Below, piece after piece: positions 1 through 10,443 of a stretch of DNA of 46,140 nt. The first letter of the stretch is position 1, and every line of letters starts with the position of its first letter. The DNA is from Candidatus Hadarchaeota archaeon (lineage in GTDB: Archaea; CAYQAE01; CAYVLA01), in NCBI GenBank assembly GCA_964621445.1, contig CAZUNO010000023.1, positions 1 to 46,140 of the forward strand, given 5' to 3'. The notes beneath the pieces are model-generated. The model was not told the DNA's origin. It did no database searches and saw only the letters and a program-made list of their open reading frames with translations. The position numbers were made by a program, and so were the translations under genes.

Positions 1-453
1 TCTTAACTGTTTATCCCGATATTTGTGCATTTCTCTATATCGTTTCATTAGGGGTTGGGATAACCATGTATCCATCTTGATGGTTCTACTTGTTGGGAGG
101 TGTCAGGTATCCTGTTGAAACATGGGAAAATGGTCAGAAAAGCCATATCTCACCTTGACGAATCATAGGACGATCCACGGGTTAGAAGGTATAGGTCATT
201 CACTAGTACTATTTTGAGTTCAAGCTGGTCAACCGCCCAGTCACACTATTCTCAACACAAAGAAATTCAGAACCCAGTAAACACAACAAGGCGACACGAT
301 TCCCCAAGCATCTTCGGGACCTAGTTAGGTCATGGCTTTCGCTAACTACAGTCACCTGTTGGCCCAGATTTCAGATAAGGCTAGGTTCTCAAAGCCCAGC
401 TTGGCAATATGTCTAGCCATTTTCTGGGTTGTTTTCGAGTTTGCTTTTTGTTT

Positions 454-699
454 TCAGATTCGGGCGTTTTTTTGTTCTGGGTCCTGGTCTTTCGATTGGG
501 GTGGTAGGAGGTCTATGCTTTTTAGCTGGTCGAATGCTGCTCCTGTATCGATGCCTGCTTCCTCGATGTAGTGCGCAGCCATCTCCATGCTGCTCCACCC
601 GAAGTGTTTCAGCAACATGGACTCGTTCCACCCATTGTTCGCTAGGTAGGTGGCTCTGCTGTGCCGAAAGAGATGTGACTTCTTCCCGTCAGGAACGCC
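454..699 (-). pseudogene. Tyrosine recombinase/integrase C-terminal remnant (XerC/D-like)
   Basis: Not in the ORF track. Manual translation gives GVPDGKKSHLFRHSRATYLANNGWNESMLLKHFGWSSMEMAAHYIEE..., containing HxxRH, the HFGW motif and the catalytic Tyr. An in-frame TAA lies upstream at 700-702 and the N-terminal part is not recognisable. Confidence 0.85.
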
Positions 700-945
700 T
701 TAACATCAAGATTCTTGTTCAAAGTGAATCCTCACATAGTCTAATATAGTAAGATACGGAGTCGCCTTGGGTCATCGGTCGAGGCCGGGTTTTAATCTGT
801 TGCGATCATGTGATTTGTATATACATCCTGTGTCGTGCGTCTAATCGCGGCCACGAAACATCGACTATCACCACTGCCCGTCTCCCTTCAACGAGAATCC
901 ATGCAAAACGCATACCAAACGTAAGGAAAGGAATGACCGACTTGG

Positions 946-1699
946 ATGCCAACACTAAATCAGATATTGGATATCCATAAGTACAATAAAGACATGGTGC
1001 TTCGTACCAAGCCTTCTAGCAAAACAGGAACTGGAGACTTGGTGGTGGATGGAATGATACAAGAGATCATTGAAGCCATTGACGAGTGTCTGAGGAATGT
1101 GGATGACTACATAGCTGACTCGAAGACCCTTATTGAAACAGGGAGCTACGGGCATTCCCTATCTCTAGCAATCATGGGAAGAGAGGAACTTGGGAAAGCG
1201 GCATGGTACATCCCAGCCGCATTCGGCTTCTACGATCTCAAACCCTTGCTCAACCGCCATACCTGTATCGAAGGTAAGAGGCAGCTAAGCCCCCTCTACG
1301 ATCACCGTTTGAAAGAGATGATGATCAGGATCTTCAAGAAACTTCAATACCTCATTGACGAAGACCTGGGGACGCCTAGGGCCCCCGAATGTAGAAAAGC
1401 TCACTCAGGATGTCTTGCGCGGATTCAACGAAGAACTCGGCAAAGCTAAGAGCGAAACGAACAACCTTCAGGAGAGGCGGGAACCCGGTCTCTACGTAGA
1501 GCTGTATAAAAACTATCGCATCTCGAGCCCGCGTCAAATCGTCAGGAAAGAGGCGCTTGAGGTAGTGACATCATTGGAGCACGATTACAGCCAGATAGTT
1601 GGATCTCTTGAACGCTTCAAGAAGCTTGAAACCCAAGATCGAGAAGCCATAAAGCAAATACTCGTATCCGCATTAAGTCGGATTGGGATCAGACCATAG
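946..1699 (+). pseudogene. AbiV-family (HEPN-like) abortive infection protein, frameshifted
   Basis: ORF 946-1449 has SLAIMGREELGKA and DHRLK; ORF 1355-1699 has ERREPGLYVE. Removing one G from GGGG at 1368-1371 joins them as ...DEDLGRLGPPNVEK... Confidence 0.75.
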
Positions 1700-1845
1700 G
1701 AAGCGCCTTGTCAATCAACATATCGGCTGGTCCATATGTGGCTAAGATATGAGCTATGCAGCACAGCCTTGAGGGATGAACAAAGTCTTAACTGGTGATT
1801 CATGCTAAATTCCAAATCCCATTACCTCCTTCATTTAAAACTGAT

Positions 1846-2535
1846 CTAACCGATCTCTGAGTTTTGGAGCATCTCTTTCACCACAGATTTGGCGTGACGG
1901 TTCGCCGCTAATTTTCCAGTGCTGTGGTATATCCCCAGCGTTGTACGGAACTGGACATGAACAGGAATGCAGAAAACAGCGTAGGCGACACATAGCCAAA
2001 ACACAAATTCCATTGACAGCCAACCCACGAAAAACAGGGTTATGGTTATCAAGATACCACCTGCCAATGCAACCTGAGTTGCCGCAAGGGAATTTATGAT
2101 CCACTTCCACTTAGTTGGGGATTCGCTGAAGGGCTTCAAATGCATATTTGCATAGTTTGTCATGCCGAGAATGCCCATCGTCTTCTATCAGTCAGTGACA
2201 TATCCGATAGTCTACGTTTATCTTGGTTCTTACCCAACGAGTCCAAGTTGGAGAGCTCAGAACCCAAAGCATTCTCTACCTCAACAGTCCACGGCACGGC
2301 TTCAAGCCTATGCAATCGGCATTTGAGCCAATAGCAGATATACTCATGCAAGAAGAGTGAAAGTTGATGAACAAGGAAACCTGCTCCCACCGATGCACCA
2401 ATGTAGAGAAGTGCAAGAGTTTGAAGACCTATGCATTGAGAAGCCAGACTCTCTTCGAAGCCTGGTAAGAAGATCAGAAGTAATGCGATGGCCCGGGAGT
2501 ATTAAAACGAATGAGAGATTCAAATCCGTCAGGCA
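1846..2535 (-). pseudogene. Multi-pass membrane protein of unknown function, apparently frameshifted
   Basis: Consecutive hydrophobic segments lie in overlapping minus-strand frames: IALLLIFLPG...LLYIGASVGAGFLVHQL, then ORF 1846-2178 with two TM helices. The 5' boundary is approximate. Confidence 0.4.
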
Positions 2536-3049
2536 AAAAATCACCCCTCAACCAGATTTCTGGACACTACAAATGTGCTTCGGAGGTCTGATGTGAAAGG
2601 AGGGAACTGGTAATAACGAGAATTGCCAAAATGACTTTTGCCCTCAAGAGAGGGACTTGTGTGGTGCCAATTGCTTCTACCGCTAATAATAAGATGCTGT
2701 TACTTTATTCTTCCCCGACTCTCAGCACTATGCCGGCCACCACCAATCCGAATGCATGATGGATATAGATACAGCCAAATTCCACTTTTGCGGGGGCATT
2801 CTACCATGAACCCCAGCTTGGTCTAGAGATAGTAAGGTTTTGTTGATTTAGGACAAGTGTCGGCTTTACTGGTAAATTCGTGTTCGGGTCCCCCCACCCG
2901 TATTCTTCTCACGAACAAGAGTAGTGAGGTTGGTTAACCGATCGGATGAATATCTAAAGTTGTTATCAGCCCCATACCTTCACTATGAAGAGCCCACACC
3001 ACATCGGATAGGTCAACTCCTCGCTTTTCCCCGCGTGTAACTGACCTCC

Positions 3050-3458
3050 TTGAAAAGCCTCCACCGCCAATCATGGCCAGGCCTTGGCCATCCTCCACTA
3101 CCTCCTTCTTCATTCAGGAGAGCTGCTTGCCAGAGAAGGCCTTTCTGTTTGCGTCGCTAAGGATGACAACCTCAAAGTTCAAACCTGGAGTAGGTCCTCG
3201 GCATATATGCCCTTAGACTCTTCTTTATCTGCTCTACCTTCTGATGATGGGTACAAGCATAAACCGCCGTGGCATAGGGTGATGGCTCCTGATCAAGGAT
3301 GGGAAAGGGTTTGGAATCCCCATGGCGTCCCCCACGTAAAGCACGCGGATCCTCCCGGTGGCATGGCCCACTCTCAACTCACGAGCCACGGCAGCCGTGG
3401 ACGCCAGGGAGATTAAAAAGATGATCAGGCCCGGCAAGCGAAAGGCGCCACTCATCAA
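3050..3458 (-). pseudogene. Decayed N-terminal part of a YFPR-family membrane-anchored GATase1-like protein
   Basis: Signal peptide and TGRIRVLYVGD, then across frameshifts ILDQEP...IKKSLRAYMPRTYSRF, NFEVVILSDANRKAF and (TGA at 3114-3116) MKKEVVEDGQGLAMIGG. Resembles 21828-23057. Confidence 0.8.
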
Positions 3459-3856
3459 GAGACCCCCCTCAGCTGCTTAAGCTGAAGTCGCTGGTTCCGG
3501 ACGATCTCCTCCACTTTGGATGCCCCACTGGCCAAAAGAATTGTCTTCCATATCCCAGGCTTTTTGACTGCAGTGTCCCATCTATATCTGAATCCGCCTC
3601 TAGATGCCTTTCCTCCTGCAACCGTGTGCTAGATCGATATATTTGATGAGCCAATATCCGATTCAGGTTCATTGAGTAGATTCACTGCGACAAGGGAAAT
3701 GATCGCCGCAACACGGACGCGAACCTACTATATGAGAAGTTGTATCAACAGGATTTGACCAGACCGGTGTGTAGAATCGTAAGTCTTCCTAAATTTCTAT
3801 GAGTTTAGACCGGTTAGAGGGTAGAGCACAACATAAAATAGGGTCCTTCGGGCCAT

Positions 3857-5755
3857 GTGTCGTTGGTTTCCTTAACTGATCCGGTGCTATATCAAATTTT
3901 TATCCGCTTGAGCGCCATAACAAAACGCCTTCACGGAGATCTTGTATTGATTGAACACAAAGAGTTCCCCATAACCGATGTGATGGTTGATCTGGTGGTA
4001 ATAGGCGGCGGAATAGCAGGATGCACGGCCGCGGTGGCATCCTCCCGTCTTGGTCTAGATGTCGCCCTAGTACAGGACAGGCCGGTTCTCGGTGGAAATG
4101 CCTCCTCGGAGATCGGCCTTCTGATGGGTGGAGCGGATAGGGATTTCAAGCACGCGAGGGAAACCGGTATCGTTGAAGAGATCGACCTGACTAACAGGTA
4201 TTACAATCATGAGGTTCAATGGAGGAACTCCGTATCCGACGCCACGCTGGAAAATCTGGTCAAGGAGTCCGGTGTGAAACTCTACCTAAATACCCACGCA
4301 AACTCCGTGGAGATGGAGGAGAGTTCAATCTGCGCCGTCCTAGCAACTCAGCTTTCTACGGAGAAGAGATTCCGTTTCCTCTCCGACCTGTTCGTCGATT
4401 CCACGGGTGACGGGTCCATCGCCGCCCTGTCGGGAGCCGAGTATCGGAGAGGGACCGAGGCAAGGGAGGAGTTTGGGGAGAGCCTGGCCCCCGAGGAACC
4501 CTCGGATGTTACCATGGGCTCCACCCTCATGTTCCGGGTCAAGGACCTGGGAAGGCCGGCCCCTTTCACGCCCCCCGATTGGGCATATAGCTATCCAAAC
4601 AAGGAGGATCTCCCGGTCCAAATAAAATCCCTCGACTACCCCCAGCTTTGGATAGAACTGGGTGCAAGGAGGGACACCATCGCTGAGAACATGGAGATCC
4701 GGGAGGAACTCCTCAAGATTCTCTACGGCGTATGGGACCATATAAAAAACCACGGCGATTATGGAGCGGGCAATTTCGCGCTTTCATGGGTCGGCTCGGT
4801 TCCCGGCAAGAGGGAGAGCCGTCGGGTAGTAGGTGACTACATCCTAAGCCAGAAGGACCTAACTGCCCCCACGGAGTACAGCGACGCCGTCGCCTACGGT
4901 GGTTGGCCGGTCGATGTCCACAATCCTGACGGTTTCTACGCAAAGAGAAAATGGCTGGACTATACGCACCTGGACAAACCGTACCCGATTCCCTACCGAT
5001 GCTATTACTCCAAGGACATTGACAATCTCTTTATGGTTGGTAGGATCATCAGCACCACCCACGTTGCGCACGGCTCGATCCGTTTGATTAGAACCTGTGG
5101 CGTGGGAGGGCAGGCGGTGGGAACGGCCGCCTACCTCTGCAGGAAATATGGCAAACCTCCCAGAGAAGTAGGAAAGAGACACATCAAGGAGCTTCAGCAG
5201 CTCCTTCTCAAATACGATTGCTACATCCCCGGGGTGCAAAATGAAGATCCTGATGACATGGCCCCACGGGCGCGGGTCACCGCCTCAACCGAATACCAGG
5301 ATCTCGCATCCGGCAACGTTTTTTTGGCGGAGAAGGTCATTGAAGGCCTCTCCCGCGGCAGGGAAGGGGACGAGAACCTCTGGATGTCGGACCCGATTAC
5401 ATCCTTCTACCCCGCCTATATCCAGCTCGACTGGGAGAACCCCATTACCTTTGATACCATCCACCTGACCTTCGACACGATGGTTCGCGAACAGAGATTT
5501 TTCGACAGGCCAATGTTGGGAGCTACACCAACATGCGTAAAGGATTACAGCATTCTATACTTGGATACCTGTGAGGAATGGAGATCGCTAGCCAGCAGGA
5601 AGAATAACTTCCAGAGGCATAACATCATTCAATTCGACCCCATCAAGACCAAATCGATTAGAGTGAAGGTCGATGCCACAAACGGTGACCAACTGGCTAG
5701 AATATACGAGATTCGTGTCTACAACGAGGATAAGGGAAACAGGGGATATGATTGA
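3857..5755 (+). CDS. FAD-dependent oxidoreductase (FAD_oxidored family) with C-terminal F5/8 type C (discoidin)-like domain
   Basis: VVIGGGIAG FAD motif, QDRPVLGGNASSE, DSTGDG, GKRESRR, YPIPYRCYYSKDIDNLFMVGR, and a C-terminal RIYEIRVY. The true start is probably near 3947. Confidence 0.9.
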   Translation: MSLVSLTDPVLYQIFIRLSAITKRLHGDLVLIEHKEFPITDVMVDLVVIGGGIAGCTAAVASSRLGLDVALVQDRPVLGGNASSEIGLLMGGADRDFKHARETGIVEEIDLTNRYYNHEVQWRNSVSDATLENLVKESGVKLYLNTHANSVEMEESSICAVLATQLSTEKRFRFLSDLFVDSTGDGSIAALSGAEYRRGTEAREEFGESLAPEEPSDVTMGSTLMFRVKDLGRPAPFTPPDWAYSYPNKEDLPVQIKSLDYPQLWIELGARRDTIAENMEIREELLKILYGVWDHIKNHGDYGAGNFALSWVGSVPGKRESRRVVGDYILSQKDLTAPTEYSDAVAYGGWPVDVHNPDGFYAKRKWLDYTHLDKPYPIPYRCYYSKDIDNLFMVGRIISTTHVAHGSIRLIRTCGVGGQAVGTAAYLCRKYGKPPREVGKRHIKELQQLLLKYDCYIPGVQNEDPDDMAPRARVTASTEYQDLASGNVFLAEKVIEGLSRGREGDENLWMSDPITSFYPAYIQLDWENPITFDTIHLTFDTMVREQRFFDRPMLGATPTCVKDYSILYLDTCEEWRSLASRKNNFQRHNIIQFDPIKTKSIRVKVDATNGDQLARIYEIRVYNEDKGNRGYD

Positions 5756-7057
5756 GTGGGCCGGCCAGAGACTCTAGTCCGCAATAACCTGTTACCAAAG
5801 ATCAAAGAATTGGTAACCAGCAATGGACTATCCAAAATCAAGTTACCGCTGTTAAAAAAGGGAGCCCTGCTCCTTCTTCTTATCATAGCTATTTTACCCT
5901 CCTGCCACGGCAGTGAGCGTGAGATTGACGCACTGATCCTGGCTATGGCAACCGAAGTCGAAGCCGCCCAATTCTTCTTTGGCTCGGAGCCTCTCGTGAA
6001 CTATGTTGGGGTTCCATTTCGGCTTGACCAGATGTCGGAGCAGGAGGCAATCAAATCCATCAGAATGTACTTCCCCAGAAGCTACGCTGAGATGAGAGGA
6101 TATGACGTGATAATGCTGTGTTCGCCCAATTACGAGCTTCTCAGCACCAAGCAGGATCAGTGGATGTATAACGCAATCCAGGAGGGGACGGGGGGAATCA
6201 ACACCGCGAGCGTCCTCAGCTACATTCCCAAGATACACTGGGCATGGGCCAATTCCCATACATCCAAGGCCTTTCCCAACCAGGCGATGGCTGTTGCCAA
6301 GATGGGCGGCGGTCTTCAGATGAGCAGTACTCACTTCGTTGAGATTAATAGGGACTTTCCCGAACCCGTTCTGACGCCTTTCATACCCTTCGGGGTTGAG
6401 AAGATCCCGGGCAATGATGGCTCCCGATTGGTGCTTGCCCGAGAGGGCGCCAAGGTTCTGGCCTGGCAGATCGGGAACCACTATCAGGGAAAAGTTGACT
6501 ACCTGGTGGCTTGGGATTATGGTGAAGGAAGGACCATGACCATCGGGGAATTGGGATTTGGCAGGGACGCGGGTTGGTTTGACTATCGTCAACACGAGTA
6601 CGCCCCTGATATCCTAATGAACATGGTCTTCTATATGTCTGGAAGAGATTTGATAGAGGACGTGGCCCTCTTCCACAGACTCAAGACCAATTTCTTGGAG
6701 TTTAGGACAAGGATGATGGTGCTTACTTCCCTCATGGATTTCGTCGCCGGGTTCGGTGGGAACACCCAACAGATCCAGGAGGAAATATTGAAGCTTGATG
6801 GGATATATGATCATGGGGTCGACCTCTATCTTGACCAGAACTACGAACAGTGCGAAGAGGCCCTGCAATCCGGCCTGCAGCTTTTCTATGATGTGGAGGA
6901 CCTAGCAAGGAGGGTTAAGGATTCGGCCCTTCTATGGGTCTACGTAATAGAGTGGCTGGTTACCTCCTCTGCCTTCTTTTTCTCCGGCTTTGTCCTCTGG
7001 ACCCTGATGGTAAAGAGGAGAATGTACCGAGAAGTAAGAGTCACAAAATTGAGATAG
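5756..7057 (+). CDS. YFPR-family membrane-anchored surface protein (paralog 1)
   Basis: Signal peptide, IRMYFPRSY..YDVI, FGGNT stalk, ALLWVYVIEWLV-TM-MVKRRMYREV. The true start is probably downstream. Confidence 0.9.
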   Translation: MGRPETLVRNNLLPKIKELVTSNGLSKIKLPLLKKGALLLLLIIAILPSCHGSEREIDALILAMATEVEAAQFFFGSEPLVNYVGVPFRLDQMSEQEAIKSIRMYFPRSYAEMRGYDVIMLCSPNYELLSTKQDQWMYNAIQEGTGGINTASVLSYIPKIHWAWANSHTSKAFPNQAMAVAKMGGGLQMSSTHFVEINRDFPEPVLTPFIPFGVEKIPGNDGSRLVLAREGAKVLAWQIGNHYQGKVDYLVAWDYGEGRTMTIGELGFGRDAGWFDYRQHEYAPDILMNMVFYMSGRDLIEDVALFHRLKTNFLEFRTRMMVLTSLMDFVAGFGGNTQQIQEEILKLDGIYDHGVDLYLDQNYEQCEEALQSGLQLFYDVEDLARRVKDSALLWVYVIEWLVTSSAFFFSGFVLWTLMVKRRMYREVRVTKLR

Positions 7058-7167
7058 AGTGGATGCCACAAGCCCGTCGAGAGGCCAGCGGTGAGGTTGG
7101 GACGCGGGTCAAGAGTCGGGACAGCCCGAGAACCAAATATTAGGGGCCGGGGACCATCTAGCGCAGT

Positions 7168-8058
7168 ATGACCGCCCAAGTAAACTATTCGAGGAACGGC
7201 ATGAAGGGCAAGTCATTTCGCACCAACCCAAACCTCATCAGAAGCGGCCTTGCCTGCAATGAGTTCGGCGAGATGACGCCGGTGCTGTTGGGGGAAAGGC
7301 TCTTCCTTCTCGGCAGCGCCCACAAAGGTGCGGAGGCCAACCCTTACGAGGACCGCTGCCTCTGGATCGAGGAGGTATCCACCAGGGAGGTTAGATCGGC
7401 CTTCGCACCGGGATATGGGCTGGGCAGCGCATTTACCGATGGAGACACCTTCTACGCCTTCGCCATACCAAACGACAGCGGTGGTGCCCAGCACATCGAC
7501 TGCTTTCAGAGCACCGATCTCTGCTCCTGGGAATCACGCACCGTGTTGGAGGCTTTGCCGGGAGAGGAGCTGTTTAACGAGACCGTATGTAAGGCAGGTG
7601 AGCGATATATCATGGCATATGAAAGCAGGGATGCAAACTATCCTCCATTTACAATCTATTTCGCGGAGTCGGCCGATCTGCTTACCTGGAAGAGAATCCC
7701 GGGCGCGGTATACGGCACCGACAGATACACCGCATGCCCGGCTATCAGGTATCTCGACGGCACCTATTACATGATGTACACCGAGTACCTCAAGCCCCGT
7801 TGGTGGTTCGAGACCTATATGACCCGCTCCACCGACCTAGTCAACTGGGACCAGAGCACCACAAACCCGGTACTTGCTCCGGAGGGAGCGGAGGGCATCA
7901 ACACCAGCGACATCGACCTTGTTGAGTACAGGGAAGAATCTGGTGCTCCCAGAGTCCGGATTTACTATGCCACCGGCAATCAGAAGACATGGGGCTTTGT
8001 AACCTGGGCCGAGTTCGAGGGCACGCTGGAGGATTTTTGCACCTGGTATTACCCATAA
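7168..8058 (+). CDS. Five-bladed beta-propeller glycosidase-like protein
   Basis: Repeated S-x-DL-x-x-W motifs, YTACPAIRY, NPVLAP and INTSDIDL, typical of GH43/32/130-like propellers. Confidence 0.7.
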   Translation: MTAQVNYSRNGMKGKSFRTNPNLIRSGLACNEFGEMTPVLLGERLFLLGSAHKGAEANPYEDRCLWIEEVSTREVRSAFAPGYGLGSAFTDGDTFYAFAIPNDSGGAQHIDCFQSTDLCSWESRTVLEALPGEELFNETVCKAGERYIMAYESRDANYPPFTIYFAESADLLTWKRIPGAVYGTDRYTACPAIRYLDGTYYMMYTEYLKPRWWFETYMTRSTDLVNWDQSTTNPVLAPEGAEGINTSDIDLVEYREESGAPRVRIYYATGNQKTWGFVTWAEFEGTLEDFCTWYYP

Positions 8059-8334
8059 TTCCCAGGAACTGCGCGATGACCTCCAACTCATCCTAGAAAT
8101 CTTCCGGGTTACCTCAGCCCTAGCGTACCGCCCCTGAACCGATACGTACCAACGAATTTAGGCAGGGGCTCGATCTGGTCAGGGGCATGGCCTAGACGAA
8201 ATAACCGAGGATATGATAGAAATGAATGAATTATACCTGAAAATCCAACTTCATAGGGAATTCTACTCCTATGTCATTTAGGAGAAATAGTCCCTTAGTA
8301 ATTTCAGCTTCTAGTGGTCTTGCTTTCCCGTTGA

Positions 8335-9012
8335 CTAGGACCTAACCCAAACCCCGCGAGCTCGCTGACCCGTCCTGGTCGAAGCTAGGAGAAATATCGA
8401 CAAGAGGACCGGGAGAAGCTGGTACTCATCGATTCCAAGACGCTCCTCATCGCATATACCATCGCTGTCCTGCTTGTTGAATACCACCTTTGCATGGAGA
8501 TCCTGCACCGCACTTGCCTCATACAGGAGGTGAGGTTGGTCCTCCCTTTCATCCCCGGGAAGACAGAATCGGTCGGGCTCGTATGGTAGGGTGAAACCTA
8601 CTTGGGAGACTGTACTATTTCCACCATGTATCGTCTCCGCAACGTCGGACAATGAGAGATCCGCTTCAAAGGAACGACCGGATGAATCAACCAGTGCCCA
8701 ATCCCCTGGACTACAATTCCAGGACCCGGCACCGTTGTGTTTGTAAACAACCGGAAAGGTTAGCTGTGACCCGGTATCATGCTCCGATATGGACCATGAC
8801 CCTATGGCCATAGCGAGCTGCCAATCCCTATAATCGCCAGGCAGCTCCCCACGGGCCTTGATCTCCCAACCATCGGTGACGAAGAAAACCGTGGACGAGT
8901 TATTCTCATAGTCCCAAAGACCAATTGTCTTTTGCCCCGCGATCCCTGGCAGTACCAGGATCGAGAGGCACAGGAAGAGCAGGTAAGCTACGGGCCTAGT
9001 CAGGATAAGCAC
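8335..9012 (-). CDS. Secreted Ig-like (DUF4352-like) protein with C-terminal IDE plus TM anchor
   Basis: Signal peptide, WALVDSSGRSF motif, C-terminal IDEYQLLPVLLSIFLLA followed by a basic tail. Confidence 0.6.
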   Translation of the reverse strand: MLILTRPVAYLLFLCLSILVLPGIAGQKTIGLWDYENNSSTVFFVTDGWEIKARGELPGDYRDWQLAMAIGSWSISEHDTGSQLTFPVVYKHNGAGSWNCSPGDWALVDSSGRSFEADLSLSDVAETIHGGNSTVSQVGFTLPYEPDRFCLPGDEREDQPHLLYEASAVQDLHAKVVFNKQDSDGICDEERLGIDEYQLLPVLLSIFLLASTRTGQRARGVWVRS

Positions 9013-9258
9013 CTAGATCGCCGTTTCCATATGTCACTTCAAATGTGTTTTTATGATAGAAGACTCGAGCCATGGACATAAGCGATTTGGCAAAGAACGG
9101 AAAAGATACATGCACCGTGGATGCAATAGAGAATGGAAGATGACCTCCTTTAATCCATCACGTTGGATTAATATGGCCTTTTTACACCATTATATTGGCA
9201 AGGCATAAATGGCCTTGGATCTACTCCATCCGTTGCAGTCACATCTACAGATGACCAA

Positions 9259-9543
9259 GTGCTCCGAATATTAGCATACCAATCCCTGGTGGTTAAAGGG
9301 GTCCATACCAGAACCCTACAGGAAGAAACCCCACCCGGGGCCCACAGCGGATGGGGATACATGGAAGGTGCCGTTCATATGAAACCCAAAACCGTTTTGC
9401 AGCATCTTGAATGGGCCGCTACCATGGATGCTAATTTGCCGTTAAATACCGGGCCATTACCGGACGGCGGAATTCACCCGGAAGACATAAACACCTTGAA
9501 AGCTGTGGGCAAACATATTAGGAAGAAAGGGTGGCCTGCCTGA
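9259..9543 (+). pseudogene. C-terminal fragment of an alpha-L-fucosidase (GH29)-like gene
   Basis: GWGY...ANLPLNTGPLPDGGIHPEDINTLKAVG matches the GH29 C-terminal LLN-x-GP-x-x-DG motif. The rest of the gene is absent. Confidence 0.65.
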
Positions 9544-9734
9544 CCTTGAAGCAACTATTCAACTAGAATAAGCGGACAGGAGCCCTGAATAGTAAATTAC
9601 GGCGAGACCATCCGAGGCAAGCACAAATTTGGTATTCTTTTTTATTGGAAAATTGTAATAGTCGAATGACTTCCAAAATAACTCACATGATTCGGAAGGG
9701 TAAAGCTTATGTGTCCCTGACGCCGCACAAGAAT

Positions 9735-10382
9735 ATGGCATATTCGAATGGAAAAATGGCCGGATTTCTATTCTTCATCGCCAGTACCCAGTTCATAATA
9801 GGACTCATGGTGGCAGAGGCGGCCTATCCAGGATACAATCTCTCCGGCAACTACATAAGCGACCTAGGGGTGGGCCCCTCCTCGGCCATCTTCAACACCT
9901 CAGCTTTCCTCTTTGGGCTTCTCTCTCTCATCGGTACCTACTTCCTCGCAAAAGGCATAAAGTATCGGGCTCTCATAGTCCTGTTGGGACTAATGGGCAT
10001 GGGCGCCCTTGGAGTTGGACTGTTTACCAGCGATTTTACCAACCTCCACGGTATCTTTGCTCTTATGGCTTTCTGGTTTGGCAGTCTATCAGTAATGGTT
10101 TCCTACAGAGTATCGAAAATGCCGCTATCGGCGATCAGCGTTGCACTAGGATTAATGGCCATGGGAGCTTTGGTACTTTTCGGTGCAGGTTTGCTGACAA
10201 CGGACTCCTCGAGCAGCACCACGCCGCCCCCGGAAAGCGATCTCTTTCTGGGAATCGGTCCCGGTGGTATGGAACGCATGATAGTCTACCCGTCGCTCTT
10301 TTGGCTCATCCTGTTCAGCGGCCACCTTATGACGCACTCAACTACAAATGAAAACTTGAAACGCACGGAAATGAATCACTGA
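9735..10382 (+). CDS. DUF998-family membrane protein
   Basis: YPGYNLSGNYISDLG, five TM helices and GGMERMIVYP. ATG 9735 is preferred over the TTG at 9645. Confidence 0.85.
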   Translation: MAYSNGKMAGFLFFIASTQFIIGLMVAEAAYPGYNLSGNYISDLGVGPSSAIFNTSAFLFGLLSLIGTYFLAKGIKYRALIVLLGLMGMGALGVGLFTSDFTNLHGIFALMAFWFGSLSVMVSYRVSKMPLSAISVALGLMAMGALVLFGAGLLTTDSSSSTTPPPESDLFLGIGPGGMERMIVYPSLFWLILFSGHLMTHSTTNENLKRTEMNH

Positions 10383-10443
10383 TCTATCAGCTATCCACCA
10401 ACCCCCTAGTAATACGCAGCCATCAATTTGGGCCCAGCAATTT

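Noticed and set aside
332-749. ORF-track calls 332-571, 413-631 and 429-749
   Set aside because: These are shadow frames of the integrase remnant at 454-699.
5894-6595. Long alternative ORFs (5894-6595, 36581-37177, 42447-43139 and similar)
   Set aside because: They overlap well-supported genes in antisense or alternate frames and have no recognisable motifs.
8130-8186. 8-bp inverted repeat GCCCCTGA/TCAGGGGC between convergent genes
   Set aside because: Too short and too widely spaced to support an ncRNA, terminator or MITE call.
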